A DNA stretch of 64,000 nucleotides from Ezakiella sp. (GTDB lineage Bacteria > Bacillota > Clostridia > Tissierellales > Peptoniphilaceae): assembly GCA_022766605.1 (NCBI GenBank), contig JALEOH010000034.1, positions 4,470 through 68,469 of the forward strand, in the 5' to 3' direction. Each line of letters opens with the position of its first letter. The stretch's first letter is position 1. Shown piece by piece: positions 29,731 to 39,758 of this stretch. A program made the position numbers and the translations under genes. The notes under the pieces were generated by a model. That model saw nothing but the letters and a program-made list of their open reading frames with translations, was not told where the DNA came from and ran no database searches.

Positions 29731-30150
29731 ATGGACCAAAATAATAAAAAAACATTAGTTTTAGGTGTAATAGGTTCAGATTGCCATGCAGTTGGCTTAA
29801 AGATACTAGACAACGCCTTTAATGGAGCAGGTTTTAATGTGATTAATATCGGAGTACTCTCACCACAAGAAGATTTTATCAATGCGGCTGTCGAATCAAA
29901 TGCAGATGCAATATTGGTAAGTTCACTTTATGGTCAAGGAGAACTCGATGTAATGGGCATGAGAGACAAGATGAATGAGGCAGGATTAACAGACACCCTT
30001 TTATACATAGGGGGCAATGTTGTAGTTGGCAAGCAAAATTGGGACGAAGTAAAGGAAAGATTTGTGAAGATGGGCTTTGATAGAGTCTATCCACCGGGAA
30101 CATCTCCTGAGGTAACCATAAGAGATCTTAAGGAGGACTTGGGGGTTTAG
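29731..30150 (+). CDS. glmS: Glutamate mutase sigma (B12-binding) subunit
   Basis: GSDCHAVG (DxHxxG), [22 protein letters not shown]; ATG 29731 after GGAGG. Confidence 0.95.
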   Translation: MDQNNKKTLVLGVIGSDCHAVGLKILDNAFNGAGFNVINIGVLSPQEDFINAAVESNADAILVSSLYGQGELDVMGMRDKMNEAGLTDTLLYIGGNVVVGKQNWDEVKERFVKMGFDRVYPPGTSPEVTIRDLKEDLGV

Positions 30151-30151
30151 G

Positions 30152-31630
30152 ATGAAAGCCTATTTATTCTTAGATTTTGGATCGACATTTACTAAACTCA
30201 CACTTATAGATATCGAGAAAGAAGAGATAATTGCAACTGCAAAGAGCTATACCACCGTTGCCACAGACGTAAAAAACGGCTATATGAAGGCTTTGGAGGA
30301 GCTTAATAGCAAAGTGAATGAGCCATATGAGATAGTTGAAAAGCTCGCTTGTTCAAGTGCCGCAGGAGGCTTAAAGATAATATCCATTGGGCTTGTGCCA
30401 GATCTTACCGCTGAAGCCGCAAAGCGCGCTGCTCTTGGAGCAGGTGCGAGAGTTATCGGAAATTATTCATATAAGCTAAATAAAACTGAGATGGCTGAAA
30501 TCAACACTCTAAACCCCGATATGGTGCTTTTAGCTGGAGGTACTGATGGTGGCAATAGCGAGACTATTATTCACAATGCTAAGATGCTTGCGGATTTTGA
30601 AATCAAATTTCCCGTTGTGGTTGCTGGCAACAAGGCGTGCGTAGATGAGATTAGAGAAATACTAGACGGTAAGGTTGACTATCATTTTACGGAAAATGTA
30701 ATGCCAAAGATAAATGAGATCAACGTCGATCCAGCACGCGAAATGATTCGTGAGCTTTTTATGAAGAATATAACAAAGGCAAAGGGTATGGCTCATGTGG
30801 AAGAGGAGATTTCATCTGTTGCAATGCCAACTCCTCAATCGGTGCTAAAGGCCGCTGAAGCTCTAAGCAAAGGCTCCAACAATGAAGTTGGAATAGGGGA
30901 TCTTATAGTAGTTGATGTAGGCGGGGCAACGACAGATGTTCACTCTCTCGGCTATGGTGATCCATCAAAGCCAGGTGTATTTATGGTTGGACTTGAGGAG
31001 CCATATGCTAAGAGAACAGTAGAGGGCGACCTTGGAATGAGATATTCCGCAATGAGCGTATATGAGGCAAGCGGAATGAGAATGTTAAGACGATATTTGA
31101 ACATCGATGGATATGAGCCAGAAAAGGAATATCTGAAAAGATATGCCAATACTTCATTTGTTGCCCATAGTCCAAAAGATATTGCATTTGACGAGGCTAT
31201 TGCTAAGATATGCATTGACCTTTCCCTAAAGCGTCATGCAGGATTTGTAGAGCCAGTTTATTCGCCACTTGGAGTTGTATATTCACAAAAAGGAAAAGAT
31301 CTAAGTAATGTAAAGACTATAATTGGGACGGGAGGAGTCATTGTTAATTCCGAGAATTACGCAGAGATTTTGCAAGCAGCCCAATTTAGAGCAGATGATT
31401 TAAATAGCCTAAAGCCAAGATTGCCTAAGTTTTATGTGGATAAGAGTTATATACTCTCGGCAATGGGGCTTTTAACTATGATTGATAAGGACATGGCAAT
31501 TAGAATGATGAAAAAATATATTATCGACCTTGGTGGGGTGGACGCCTCGCCTATACATGTAGATGAGGTAGTTCATAAGGATTTTGATGAGCTTGGAACG
31601 CCAGAGCATGGCATGGGTTGCGGATTTTAA
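30152..31630 (+). CDS. glmL: Glutamate mutase reactivating ATPase/chaperone (GlmL/MutL)
   Basis: DFGSTFTK, CSSAAGGL, VDVGGATTDVHS, KRTVEGDLGMR; between S and E subunits. Confidence 0.93.
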   Translation: MKAYLFLDFGSTFTKLTLIDIEKEEIIATAKSYTTVATDVKNGYMKALEELNSKVNEPYEIVEKLACSSAAGGLKIISIGLVPDLTAEAAKRAALGAGARVIGNYSYKLNKTEMAEINTLNPDMVLLAGGTDGGNSETIIHNAKMLADFEIKFPVVVAGNKACVDEIREILDGKVDYHFTENVMPKINEINVDPAREMIRELFMKNITKAKGMAHVEEEISSVAMPTPQSVLKAAEALSKGSNNEVGIGDLIVVDVGGATTDVHSLGYGDPSKPGVFMVGLEEPYAKRTVEGDLGMRYSAMSVYEASGMRMLRRYLNIDGYEPEKEYLKRYANTSFVAHSPKDIAFDEAIAKICIDLSLKRHAGFVEPVYSPLGVVYSQKGKDLSNVKTIIGTGGVIVNSENYAEILQAAQFRADDLNSLKPRLPKFYVDKSYILSAMGLLTMIDKDMAIRMMKKYIIDLGGVDASPIHVDEVVHKDFDELGTPEHGMGCGF

Positions 31631-31642
31631 TAGGAGGATATA

Positions 31643-33112
31643 ATGGGAAAACTTAGAAATAAGAAATGGACTGAGGCCGAATTTTTTGAAACAAGAGAAG
31701 AGGTTCTTAAAGCTTGGCCAACAGGTAAGGATGTTGACTTTAATGAGTCTATTCCATTTTTAAAAAGCGTACCTGAGCATAAGAATTTTGCTCTTAAACT
31801 GGAAAAGGCAAAAAAAGAGGGAGTTACACTTGCTCAACCAAGAGCAGGAGTTGCTCTTATTGACAAACATATAGAACTTTTACAATTTTTACAAAATGAA
31901 GGTGGAGCAGATCTACTTCCATCGACGATTGATGCATATACTCGTCAAAATAGATACGAAGAATGCGAAAAGGGGATCGAAGAATCTAAGAAAGCAGGCC
32001 GTTCTTTATTAAATGGCTTTCCTGGTGTTAATCACGGTGTCGCAGGATGTAGGCAAGTTTATGAAGCTGTTGATCTACCACTTGAGTTAAGACATGGTAC
32101 GCCAGACTCTAGATTGCTTGCAGAGGTTATGCACGCAGGTGGATTTACCTCAAATGAAGGTGGTGGAATTTCATACAATGTTCCATATGCAAAGAGCGTT
32201 TCCATCGAAAAGAGTCTTTATGACTGGCAATACTGCGACCGTTTGGTAGGATTTTATGAAGAAAATGGTGTTCATATCAATCGCGAGCCATTTGGACCTC
32301 TTACTGGAACCCTTGTTCCTCCATCGACCTCAAATGTAGTTGCAATAATTGAGGCACTTCTTGCTGCTGAACAGGGCGTAAAGAGCATAACAGTCGGTTA
32401 TGGTCAATGTGGCAATCTCGTTCAAGATGTAGCTGCAATTAGAGCACTAGAAGAACAACTAGAAGAATATATTGCCAAGATTGGATATAAGGACGTAGTT
32501 GTCACAACCGTATTCCACCAATGGATGGGGGGCTTCCCACAAGACGAAGCTAAGGCATTTGGAGTTATTGCATGGGGAAGCGCAACAGCTGCTTTAGCTG
32601 GCGCAACCAAAGTAATTGTAAAGACTCCTCACGAGGCAATAGGCATTCCAACTAAGGAAGCAAATGCTGAGGGCATTAAGACCACTAAGATGGTACTAAA
32701 TATGCTTGAAGGTCAAAGACTTCCTGAAAGTGAAAAACTAAAAGCTGAGATTGAACTAATTAAGGCTGAGACCCAGTGTATGATGGATAAGATCTACGAG
32801 CTTGGCATGGGCGACCTTGCAGTTGGTACTGTTAAGGCATTTGATATGGGAATTATAGATATTCCATTTGGTCCATCTAAGTATAATAAAGGACTTATGA
32901 TGCCTGCTCGTGATTATGAGGGATGCGTAAGATATTTGGAATGTGGAAATATTCCATTTACTAAAGAAATTAAGGATATCAACAGGTCTAGGTTGGAAAG
33001 ACGCGCAAAAGATGAAAATCGCGAAGTCGGCTTCCAAATGACCGTAGATGATATATTTGCAGTTGGCTTAGGAAAGCTGATTGGTAGACCAAATCAAAAT
33101 CAAAATAAATAG
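31643..33112 (+). CDS. glmE: Glutamate mutase epsilon subunit
   Basis: [49 protein letters not shown]. Confidence 0.96.
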   Translation: MGKLRNKKWTEAEFFETREEVLKAWPTGKDVDFNESIPFLKSVPEHKNFALKLEKAKKEGVTLAQPRAGVALIDKHIELLQFLQNEGGADLLPSTIDAYTRQNRYEECEKGIEESKKAGRSLLNGFPGVNHGVAGCRQVYEAVDLPLELRHGTPDSRLLAEVMHAGGFTSNEGGGISYNVPYAKSVSIEKSLYDWQYCDRLVGFYEENGVHINREPFGPLTGTLVPPSTSNVVAIIEALLAAEQGVKSITVGYGQCGNLVQDVAAIRALEEQLEEYIAKIGYKDVVVTTVFHQWMGGFPQDEAKAFGVIAWGSATAALAGATKVIVKTPHEAIGIPTKEANAEGIKTTKMVLNMLEGQRLPESEKLKAEIELIKAETQCMMDKIYELGMGDLAVGTVKAFDMGIIDIPFGPSKYNKGLMMPARDYEGCVRYLECGNIPFTKEIKDINRSRLERRAKDENREVGFQMTVDDIFAVGLGKLIGRPNQNQNK

Positions 33113-33121
33113 AGGTGTAAA

Positions 33122-34363
33122 ATGAAGATTATTGATGTAGTAGCAAGTGCAGGTAGAACAGGATTCTACTTCGATGACCAAAAAGCCATTAAAAATGGTG
33201 CTGGCCATGATGGTATGTTTTATGTTGGAGAGCCAGTAACAGAGGGCTTTACTAAGATTAGAGTCCCTGGAGAGTCGATTTCAGTTATGTTTATCTTAGA
33301 AGATGGTCAAGTGGCATTTGGTGATTGTGCAGCTGTACAGTATTCCGGTGCTGGTGGACGCGATCCACTATTTCTTGCAAAAGACTACATTCCGCTAATT
33401 GAGGGCGAAATCAAAGATAAATTAGTAGGCCGTGAACTTGATAGTTTTAAAGACTTGGCAGAAGAATTTGATCATTTACAAATAGATGGCAAGAGACTTC
33501 ATACAGCTATTAGATATGGAATTACACAAGCCATATTAGATGCAGTTGCAAAGGCAAAGCATCTTACTCGTGCTGAGATTATTAAAGAAGAATATGGCAT
33601 TAAAGAGGAAATAAAGAGAGTTCCTATATTCGCTCAATCAGGAGACGATAGGTATTCTAATGCTGACAAGATGATAATAAAAGAAGCTGATGTGCTTCCA
33701 CATGGTCTATTTAACAATGTTGAAGAAAAGACTGGTAAAAATGGCGAATTGCTTCTTGAATATATCGAATGGCTAAGAGACAGAATCCTCAAGCATCGCG
33801 CAAGAGAAGATTATAATCCAATTTTCCACATCGACGTATATGGCACAATCGGTGATTTTACTGGCAATGATGTAGATAAGATGGCAGAATATATGAAGAA
33901 AGTAGAAGCTGCTGCAAAGCCATTTAAAGTAAGAATTGAAGGTCCAATGGACATGGGCGAACATGAAAAGCAAGTTGAAGTTTTAGCGGCTCTAACTAAG
34001 AAACTTGACGAAGATGGAACACACGTTGAATTAGTTGCTGACGAATGGTGCAACACTTATGAAGACATAGTTGAATTTGCTGATAAGGGCGCAGGTCATA
34101 TAATTCAAATTAAAACTCCAGACCTTGGAGGCATAAATAATACAGTTAAAGCCGTTCTTTATTGTAAAGAAAAGGGCGTTGGTGCATATTGCGGTGGAAC
34201 TTGCAATGAGACCAATCGCTCAGCAGAAATTTTAACTGAGATCTCAATGGCAACTGGTGCATTGCAACAACTTGCAAAGCCAGGCATGGGAGTTGATGAG
34301 GGCATAATGCTTGTCAATAACCAAATGTCAAGAGTTGAAAGATTACTAAAGACCAGAAAATAA
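33122..34363 (+). CDS. mal: Methylaspartate ammonia-lyase
   Basis: GFYFDDQKAIK, GDCAAVQYSGAGGRDPLF, DVLPHG, ADEWCNT, QIKTPDLG, GGTCNET. Confidence 0.96.
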   Translation: MKIIDVVASAGRTGFYFDDQKAIKNGAGHDGMFYVGEPVTEGFTKIRVPGESISVMFILEDGQVAFGDCAAVQYSGAGGRDPLFLAKDYIPLIEGEIKDKLVGRELDSFKDLAEEFDHLQIDGKRLHTAIRYGITQAILDAVAKAKHLTRAEIIKEEYGIKEEIKRVPIFAQSGDDRYSNADKMIIKEADVLPHGLFNNVEEKTGKNGELLLEYIEWLRDRILKHRAREDYNPIFHIDVYGTIGDFTGNDVDKMAEYMKKVEAAAKPFKVRIEGPMDMGEHEKQVEVLAALTKKLDEDGTHVELVADEWCNTYEDIVEFADKGAGHIIQIKTPDLGGINNTVKAVLYCKEKGVGAYCGGTCNETNRSAEILTEISMATGALQQLAKPGMGVDEGIMLVNNQMSRVERLLKTRK

Positions 34364-34411
34364 GGTTGTAATATGGGGCATTGGCCCCATACATAGAAAG
34401 ATGGAGGAAAT

Positions 34412-35257
34412 ATGAAAATAGTTAATTGCAATGAAATAACACAAGCTGTAAAAGAGATGACGATGAAGATAAATACCATACTTCCAAAGGATGTAATGGA
34501 TAAGCTAAAAGAAAAATATGATGAGGAAGATTGGCAACTAGCTAAAGATACTCTAAATACAATCATTGAAAATGATAAATTAGCTGAGGAAAAATCGATT
34601 CCTATGTGTCAAGATACTGGCATGGCAATAGTCATGGTTAAGATGGGTCAAGATGTCAAAATCGAAGGTGGCTATATTGAAGACGCTATTAACGAAGGCA
34701 TAAGGCAAGGATATAATGAAGGATATTTAAGAAAGTCCGTGGTAGAAGACCCTATAAGAAGAGTTAATACAAAGGATAATACTCCAGGCGTAATTTATTA
34801 TGATATAGTAAGGGATCCTGAACATTTTGAGATAGAGGTCGCTGCAAAGGGATTTGGATCTGAGAATATGAGTCGCCAAAAGATGCTAAAACCGGCGGAT
34901 GGACTTGATGGGGTCGTAGACTTTATTGTTGAGACCGCTGCATTAGCAGGCCCTAATGCATGTCCACCAATAGTTCTTGGAGTGGGTATAGGAGGAACTT
35001 TTGATCGCTCGGCAGTGTTAGCTAAAAAGGCGCTTATGAGATCGATGGATAGTTATAATCCCGATCCATTTTATAAAGATCTTGAAATTAAACTAGAAGA
35101 AAAGATCAATGAGCTTGGAATTGGGCCTCAAGGCTTTGGAGGAAAGACAACTTGCCTTAGAGTTCTAATCGAAACTTATCCAACTCATATAGCTGGTCTA
35201 CCTGTATCTGTCAATATCCAATGCCACGCAGCAAGGCATGAGCATAGAGTGTTTTAA
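34412..35257 (+). CDS. Fe-S hydro-lyase alpha subunit (fumarase/tartrate dehydratase family), probable mesaconase
   Basis: PMCQDTG, KGFGSEN, NACPP, GVGIGGT, CHAARH; operon context. Confidence 0.85.
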   Translation: MKIVNCNEITQAVKEMTMKINTILPKDVMDKLKEKYDEEDWQLAKDTLNTIIENDKLAEEKSIPMCQDTGMAIVMVKMGQDVKIEGGYIEDAINEGIRQGYNEGYLRKSVVEDPIRRVNTKDNTPGVIYYDIVRDPEHFEIEVAAKGFGSENMSRQKMLKPADGLDGVVDFIVETAALAGPNACPPIVLGVGIGGTFDRSAVLAKKALMRSMDSYNPDPFYKDLEIKLEEKINELGIGPQGFGGKTTCLRVLIETYPTHIAGLPVSVNIQCHAARHEHRVF

Positions 35258-35267
35258 GGGGGAAGAG

Positions 35268-35825
35268 ATGATTAAATTAAAGACACCATTTACAAGAGAA
35301 TCACTTAAAGACTTAAAAGCAGGCGACAATGTTTTGATCTCTGGCACTATTTATACTGCAAGAGATGCCGCACATAAAAGACTAGTAGAAGATCATGCTG
35401 CAGGAAGAGAATTACCATTTGATCCAAAGGGAGCTTGCATTTACTATGTTGGGCCAACCCCAACGCCTCCATGCGAAGTAATTGGATCTGCAGGCCCTAC
35501 CTCTAGTTATAGAATGGACCCCTATTCTCCAACGATGATGGATTTGGGAGCAATTGGCATGATTGGAAAAGGCAGGAGAAATAAAGAGGTCATTGATAAA
35601 ATAGTGGAAACTGGCGCAGTTTATTTTGCAGCTATTGGGGGAGCTGCTGCAATAATAAAAGATCGCATCAAAGAATGCGAAATAATTGCATATGATGACC
35701 TAGGTGCCGAAGCAGTAAGAAGATTAGTGGTTGAAGATTTTCCTGCAACTGTTATAATAGACAGCAATGGGAATAATCTATATGAAAAGGGAGTTGAAGA
35801 GTATTTAGCATGGAAACAAAAATAA
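35268..35825 (+). CDS. Fe-S hydro-lyase beta subunit, probable mesaconase
   Basis: SGTIYTARDAAHKR, GPTSSYRMD, MIGKG; ATG 35268 after GGGGG. Confidence 0.85.
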   Translation: MIKLKTPFTRESLKDLKAGDNVLISGTIYTARDAAHKRLVEDHAAGRELPFDPKGACIYYVGPTPTPPCEVIGSAGPTSSYRMDPYSPTMMDLGAIGMIGKGRRNKEVIDKIVETGAVYFAAIGGAAAIIKDRIKECEIIAYDDLGAEAVRRLVVEDFPATVIIDSNGNNLYEKGVEEYLAWKQK

Positions 35826-36073
35826 CAAGACAATCAAGAGCGGGCTCACTTGAGAGCAATGACTTGGTTGTTATGATCGAACCAGACAATGGTCTTAATA
35901 TAGAAATAAAATCCGTTGTGGATGATTTATTTCACGATCAAATAGAAGCTAGTGTGAAAAAATATTTAAATGAGCTCGGAGTAAAGGATGCAAGAGTATT
36001 AATCGAAGATCGTGGAGCACTTGATTTTACAATAAAAGCTCGCATTGAAACGGCAGTTAGGAGGGCAAGATGA
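35810..36073 (+). CDS. citD: Citrate/citramalate lyase acyl-carrier (gamma) subunit
   Basis: AGSLESND (prosthetic-group Ser), DRGALDFTIKARIETA. Confidence 0.85.
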   Translation: METKITRQSRAGSLESNDLVVMIEPDNGLNIEIKSVVDDLFHDQIEASVKKYLNELGVKDARVLIEDRGALDFTIKARIETAVRRAR

Positions 36074-36918
36074 ATTATAGAACTATGCTATTTATCCCTG
36101 GCAATAATCCAGGCATGCTCACAAGCATGGAGGTATTAGGGGCAGATAGTTATATAATTGACCTTGAAGATGCGGTTAACCTTGATAATAAAGATGCTGC
36201 CCGTGATCTTGTCAGCTCTTTTTTAGATAATAAGCCAGATGAAAATATATTTGTAAGGATCAATGCTCCTGACACTCCTTATTTTGAAGATGATATAAAA
36301 GCTATGCTGGATAAGGATATAGTTGGATTTGTGCTTCCAAAGGCAACGACGGAAAGTGTCGAAATAATGGAGGATAGGCTTAAAAATAGCGATAAGACTT
36401 ATTTTTGTATAATAGAAACTGCTGTATCGCTTGAGACCGCCTTTGATATAGTTCGCGTTGGTAAAAAAATCAGTGGATTATTATTAGGCGGGGAGGACAT
36501 GAGTCTTGATCTTGGAGTAAAGAGGACTAAGGAATCCAAAGAAATCGAATATGCAAGAAGCAAAGTAGTTGCTGTATCAAAGGCAATGGGCATTCAAGCG
36601 ATCGATACGCCATGGACTGATACTGATGATATGGAAGGATTGAATAAAGATGCGGAATATGCTAAGTCAATTGGTATGACTGGCAAGGCTTTAATTTCTC
36701 CAAGACATGTCGATGATGTAAATGCGGTGTTTGCACCTAAAAAGGCAGATGTAGAGCATGCTCTTAGGGTCTTTGAAGCGTTAAAACAAGCTAAGATTGA
36801 TGGCAAAGGGGCCTTTTCACTAGATGGTAAAATGGTTGATAAGCCTGTTATACTTCGTGCAAAAGACGTATTAATGGCAGTTAATCAGTATACGGAGGAA
36901 TATGATGGATTACTTTAA
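36070..36918 (+). CDS. citE: Citryl-/citramalyl-CoA lyase (beta) subunit
   Basis: RTMLFIPGNNP, DLEDAV, RINA, GMTGKALISP, LDGKMVD. Confidence 0.85.
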   Translation: MNYRTMLFIPGNNPGMLTSMEVLGADSYIIDLEDAVNLDNKDAARDLVSSFLDNKPDENIFVRINAPDTPYFEDDIKAMLDKDIVGFVLPKATTESVEIMEDRLKNSDKTYFCIIETAVSLETAFDIVRVGKKISGLLLGGEDMSLDLGVKRTKESKEIEYARSKVVAVSKAMGIQAIDTPWTDTDDMEGLNKDAEYAKSIGMTGKALISPRHVDDVNAVFAPKKADVEHALRVFEALKQAKIDGKGAFSLDGKMVDKPVILRAKDVLMAVNQYTEEYDGLL

Positions 36919-38362
36919 TCGTGAAGTTATAAATAATTATGCACCAGATAAGAGCGCTAAGGAAAATAAAATAGTAGAAGGCTTTGATGAATTATTTGAT
37001 AAACTGGATTTAAAAGATGGCATGAGTATTTCTTTCCACCATCATTTAAGAAATGGAGACTATGTACTAAATCAAGTGATGGAAGAAATTCACAAACGTG
37101 GAATTAAAGACATAACTCTTGTAGCTAGTTCACTATTTCCAATCAATTCACCACTTATTCCAATGATTGAAGATGGCACAATTACCAATATAATTACCAG
37201 TTATATGTCGGGAGATGTTGCAAGAGCGATATCAAAAGGTGCTCTTAAGGGAAAAGTTGTAATGCAAAGTCATGGTGGACGAGCTCGCGCGATTATGTCG
37301 GGGGATGTCAAGATCGATATAGCCTTTATTGCTAGCCCTGCTTGTGATAAGAGAGGTAATATTTCGGCCACCGAAGGCAATGCTTTTTGTGGAGTATTGG
37401 GCTATGCATATGCCGATTCTATAATGGCAGCAAAAGTTGTTGCAGTAACTGATACTTTACTTGAATATGAATCGAAAACTGAAATTCCAAGTGAAAGAGT
37501 AGATTATATTATTAAGGTAGATTCAATTGGAGATCCAAATGGAATAATATCTGGAACTACTAGAATAACGAAAGATCCAGTCGGACTTAGAATTGCTCAA
37601 AAAGCGGTAGAGGTTATGGTTGCAACTGGACTAGTTAAAAATGGACTTTGTTACCAGTCAGGAGCAGGTGGAGCTAGCCTTGCTGTAACAAAATTCTTGG
37701 CAGATTATATGAAAGAGCATAATATAGTCGGTGAATTTGCTAGTGGAGGAGTTACTGGCGACCTTGTAAATATGATGAAATATGGTCTATTTAACAGAAT
37801 TTACGATGTACAATGTTTTGATTTGGTGAGTGCAGAAAATATAAAGGACGACAAACGACATATATCTATGTCGGCGGAAAAATATGCATCTCCTAATAAA
37901 GATGCAATAGTCAATTCGCTAGACTTTGTAATATTAGGAGCTACTGAAATCGATACTGATTTTAATGTAAATGTCATCTCAGGGCACGATGGAATAATTA
38001 TGGGAGGCTCAGGTGGACACCAAGACACCGCCTTTGGAGCAAAAGTTTCTATAATAGTAAGCAAGCTGTTTCAGTCGAGGATACCGACTATAGTCGATCG
38101 CGTTGGAGTAATAACAACTCCTGGCTCAACTGTTGATATACTTGTAACTGAAAGAGGAGTTGCGGTAAATTGTAGAAGATCTGACCTAAAGGAGGCACTT
38201 GATAAGGCAGGAGTTAGTTATATGTCGATTGAGGAATTAAAGAAAATTCAAGATTCTTTTATTGGAGAGGCAAAAGTTAAAGACAATAGCGACAGACGAG
38301 TGATAGGATATAGTGAATATCGCGATGGAACTATAATTGATAATATATATGAGGTAAAATGA
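36902..38362 (+). CDS. citF: Citrate/citramalate lyase alpha subunit (CoA-transferase)
   Basis: SFHHHLRNGD, SHGGRARA, QSGAGG, GGSGGHQD, TTPG. Confidence 0.88.
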   Translation: MMDYFNREVINNYAPDKSAKENKIVEGFDELFDKLDLKDGMSISFHHHLRNGDYVLNQVMEEIHKRGIKDITLVASSLFPINSPLIPMIEDGTITNIITSYMSGDVARAISKGALKGKVVMQSHGGRARAIMSGDVKIDIAFIASPACDKRGNISATEGNAFCGVLGYAYADSIMAAKVVAVTDTLLEYESKTEIPSERVDYIIKVDSIGDPNGIISGTTRITKDPVGLRIAQKAVEVMVATGLVKNGLCYQSGAGGASLAVTKFLADYMKEHNIVGEFASGGVTGDLVNMMKYGLFNRIYDVQCFDLVSAENIKDDKRHISMSAEKYASPNKDAIVNSLDFVILGATEIDTDFNVNVISGHDGIIMGGSGGHQDTAFGAKVSIIVSKLFQSRIPTIVDRVGVITTPGSTVDILVTERGVAVNCRRSDLKEALDKAGVSYMSIEELKKIQDSFIGEAKVKDNSDRRVIGYSEYRDGTIIDNIYEVK

Positions 38363-39165
38363 TAGGAAAAGTTTTAAAATTTACAAATGAGGGAGCGATA
38401 ATTGAGATAGATCAGGCGAGATATCTTCTTCCTCGTGGTAGCTTTGATGGTGTTGATAATATAAATATAGGCGATTTTATAGAAGTTGGCATTGGTAATA
38501 AAAAGACAAGAGAGGTCTATTTGGAAAGCAGAAAACCAGTCCTTGGAGATCTAAAAGTCTATGCCATTGCTGATAAGGTGAGCTTTGGATATTTTTTAAG
38601 TACAGGACTTCCAAATGACTTATTCGTACCAATGCAATTTGCTTTTAAAAATCTAAAAAAAGGGGACAAAGTTGCAGTTCTTGTAAAAGAAGATCGCGAA
38701 GGAAGACTTTTTGGAACTATGAAATTAAGCGACGAGCTTTCGCACGATCACAATTATAAGGAAAATGATGAGGTTGAAGGCATGGTCTATTCAATTCGCC
38801 GTGGAGTAGGGGCATTTGTTGCAATTGATAAAAAATATGATGCGCTACTTTCCGAAAAAGATATGAATAGAGCTTTTGAAATAGGCGATAATATTAAAGC
38901 TAGAGTAAAATATGTGCTTCCTGATGGAAAGATTTCCCTTAGTTTAAGAAATAGATCTCACTTGCAAATCGATCCTGATTCTGTTATAATTATGGAAAGG
39001 TTGCAGAAGTCGGGCAAGCTTAGATTAGGGGATAAATCAGACCCCGATGCTATATATAAGGAATTTGGTATAAGTAAACAAGCTTTTAAACGTGCGGCTG
39101 GCAAACTCAAAAAAGAAGGACTAATAATAATCGGAGACCATGAAATAAAAAAGATCGAAGATTGA
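38359..39165 (+). CDS. cvfB: CvfB-family S1 RNA-binding protein
   Basis: Multiple S1 repeats; C-terminal wHTH DKSDPDAIYKEFGISKQAFKRAAGKL. Confidence 0.85.
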   Translation: MIGKVLKFTNEGAIIEIDQARYLLPRGSFDGVDNINIGDFIEVGIGNKKTREVYLESRKPVLGDLKVYAIADKVSFGYFLSTGLPNDLFVPMQFAFKNLKKGDKVAVLVKEDREGRLFGTMKLSDELSHDHNYKENDEVEGMVYSIRRGVGAFVAIDKKYDALLSEKDMNRAFEIGDNIKARVKYVLPDGKISLSLRNRSHLQIDPDSVIIMERLQKSGKLRLGDKSDPDAIYKEFGISKQAFKRAAGKLKKEGLIIIGDHEIKKIED

Positions 39166-39186
39166 TATTGTTTACCAGGAGGATAT

Positions 39187-39711
39187 ATGAAGAAAATTAA
39201 GATTAACAATGAAGTTGTCGAGATGATGTTATTTTTTTGGACTTCCGTTTCAGAAAGAGAAAAAGTTGCGGAGCCATATATAATTTCAATTGCAGATCGT
39301 GATGAGATGAATTTAATTTACGATGAAGAATTTAATCATGAATCAGTTCGTCGTGTATTATCGGCAATATCTAATCGTGAAGTGCTAAATGGAGGCTCAG
39401 CTCGCGAAAGAAAGTTTTGGAATAATAATATGTGGATGACTGAAGATCTTGGGGTAACTCAAGCAATGGTCGATCCAATTAAACAACTTAATCTAGAAGG
39501 AGAAATTGAAAATATCACTACTAAATCAGCTTATGATGAGGTAGAGCTAATATTTATCCCTGGAACTAGCGAACTCGCTAGTTATAAGGGCAATAAAATC
39601 ATTGTCAATTTCTTTAAGATCTCAGTCGATGTCTTTGGCGGAACAGGCGAAGTTACTATTAATGGTAAGCCGTTTAAAGAAGGCATATTGGAAATCATAA
39701 AAGAAGCATAG
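39187..39711 (+). CDS. Conserved hypothetical protein
   Basis: GGAGG RBS; 174-aa ORF followed by terminator. Confidence 0.7.
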   Translation: MKKIKINNEVVEMMLFFWTSVSEREKVAEPYIISIADRDEMNLIYDEEFNHESVRRVLSAISNREVLNGGSARERKFWNNNMWMTEDLGVTQAMVDPIKQLNLEGEIENITTKSAYDEVELIFIPGTSELASYKGNKIIVNFFKISVDVFGGTGEVTINGKPFKEGILEIIKEA

Positions 39712-39733
39712 AAAACCCCCGTTGGGGTTTTTA
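39712..39733 (+). terminator. Intrinsic terminator
   Basis: AAAACCCC-cgtt-GGGGTTTT then TT. Confidence 0.85.
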
Positions 39734-39758
39734 TTGTATATAGATATAGGAGGTTATT

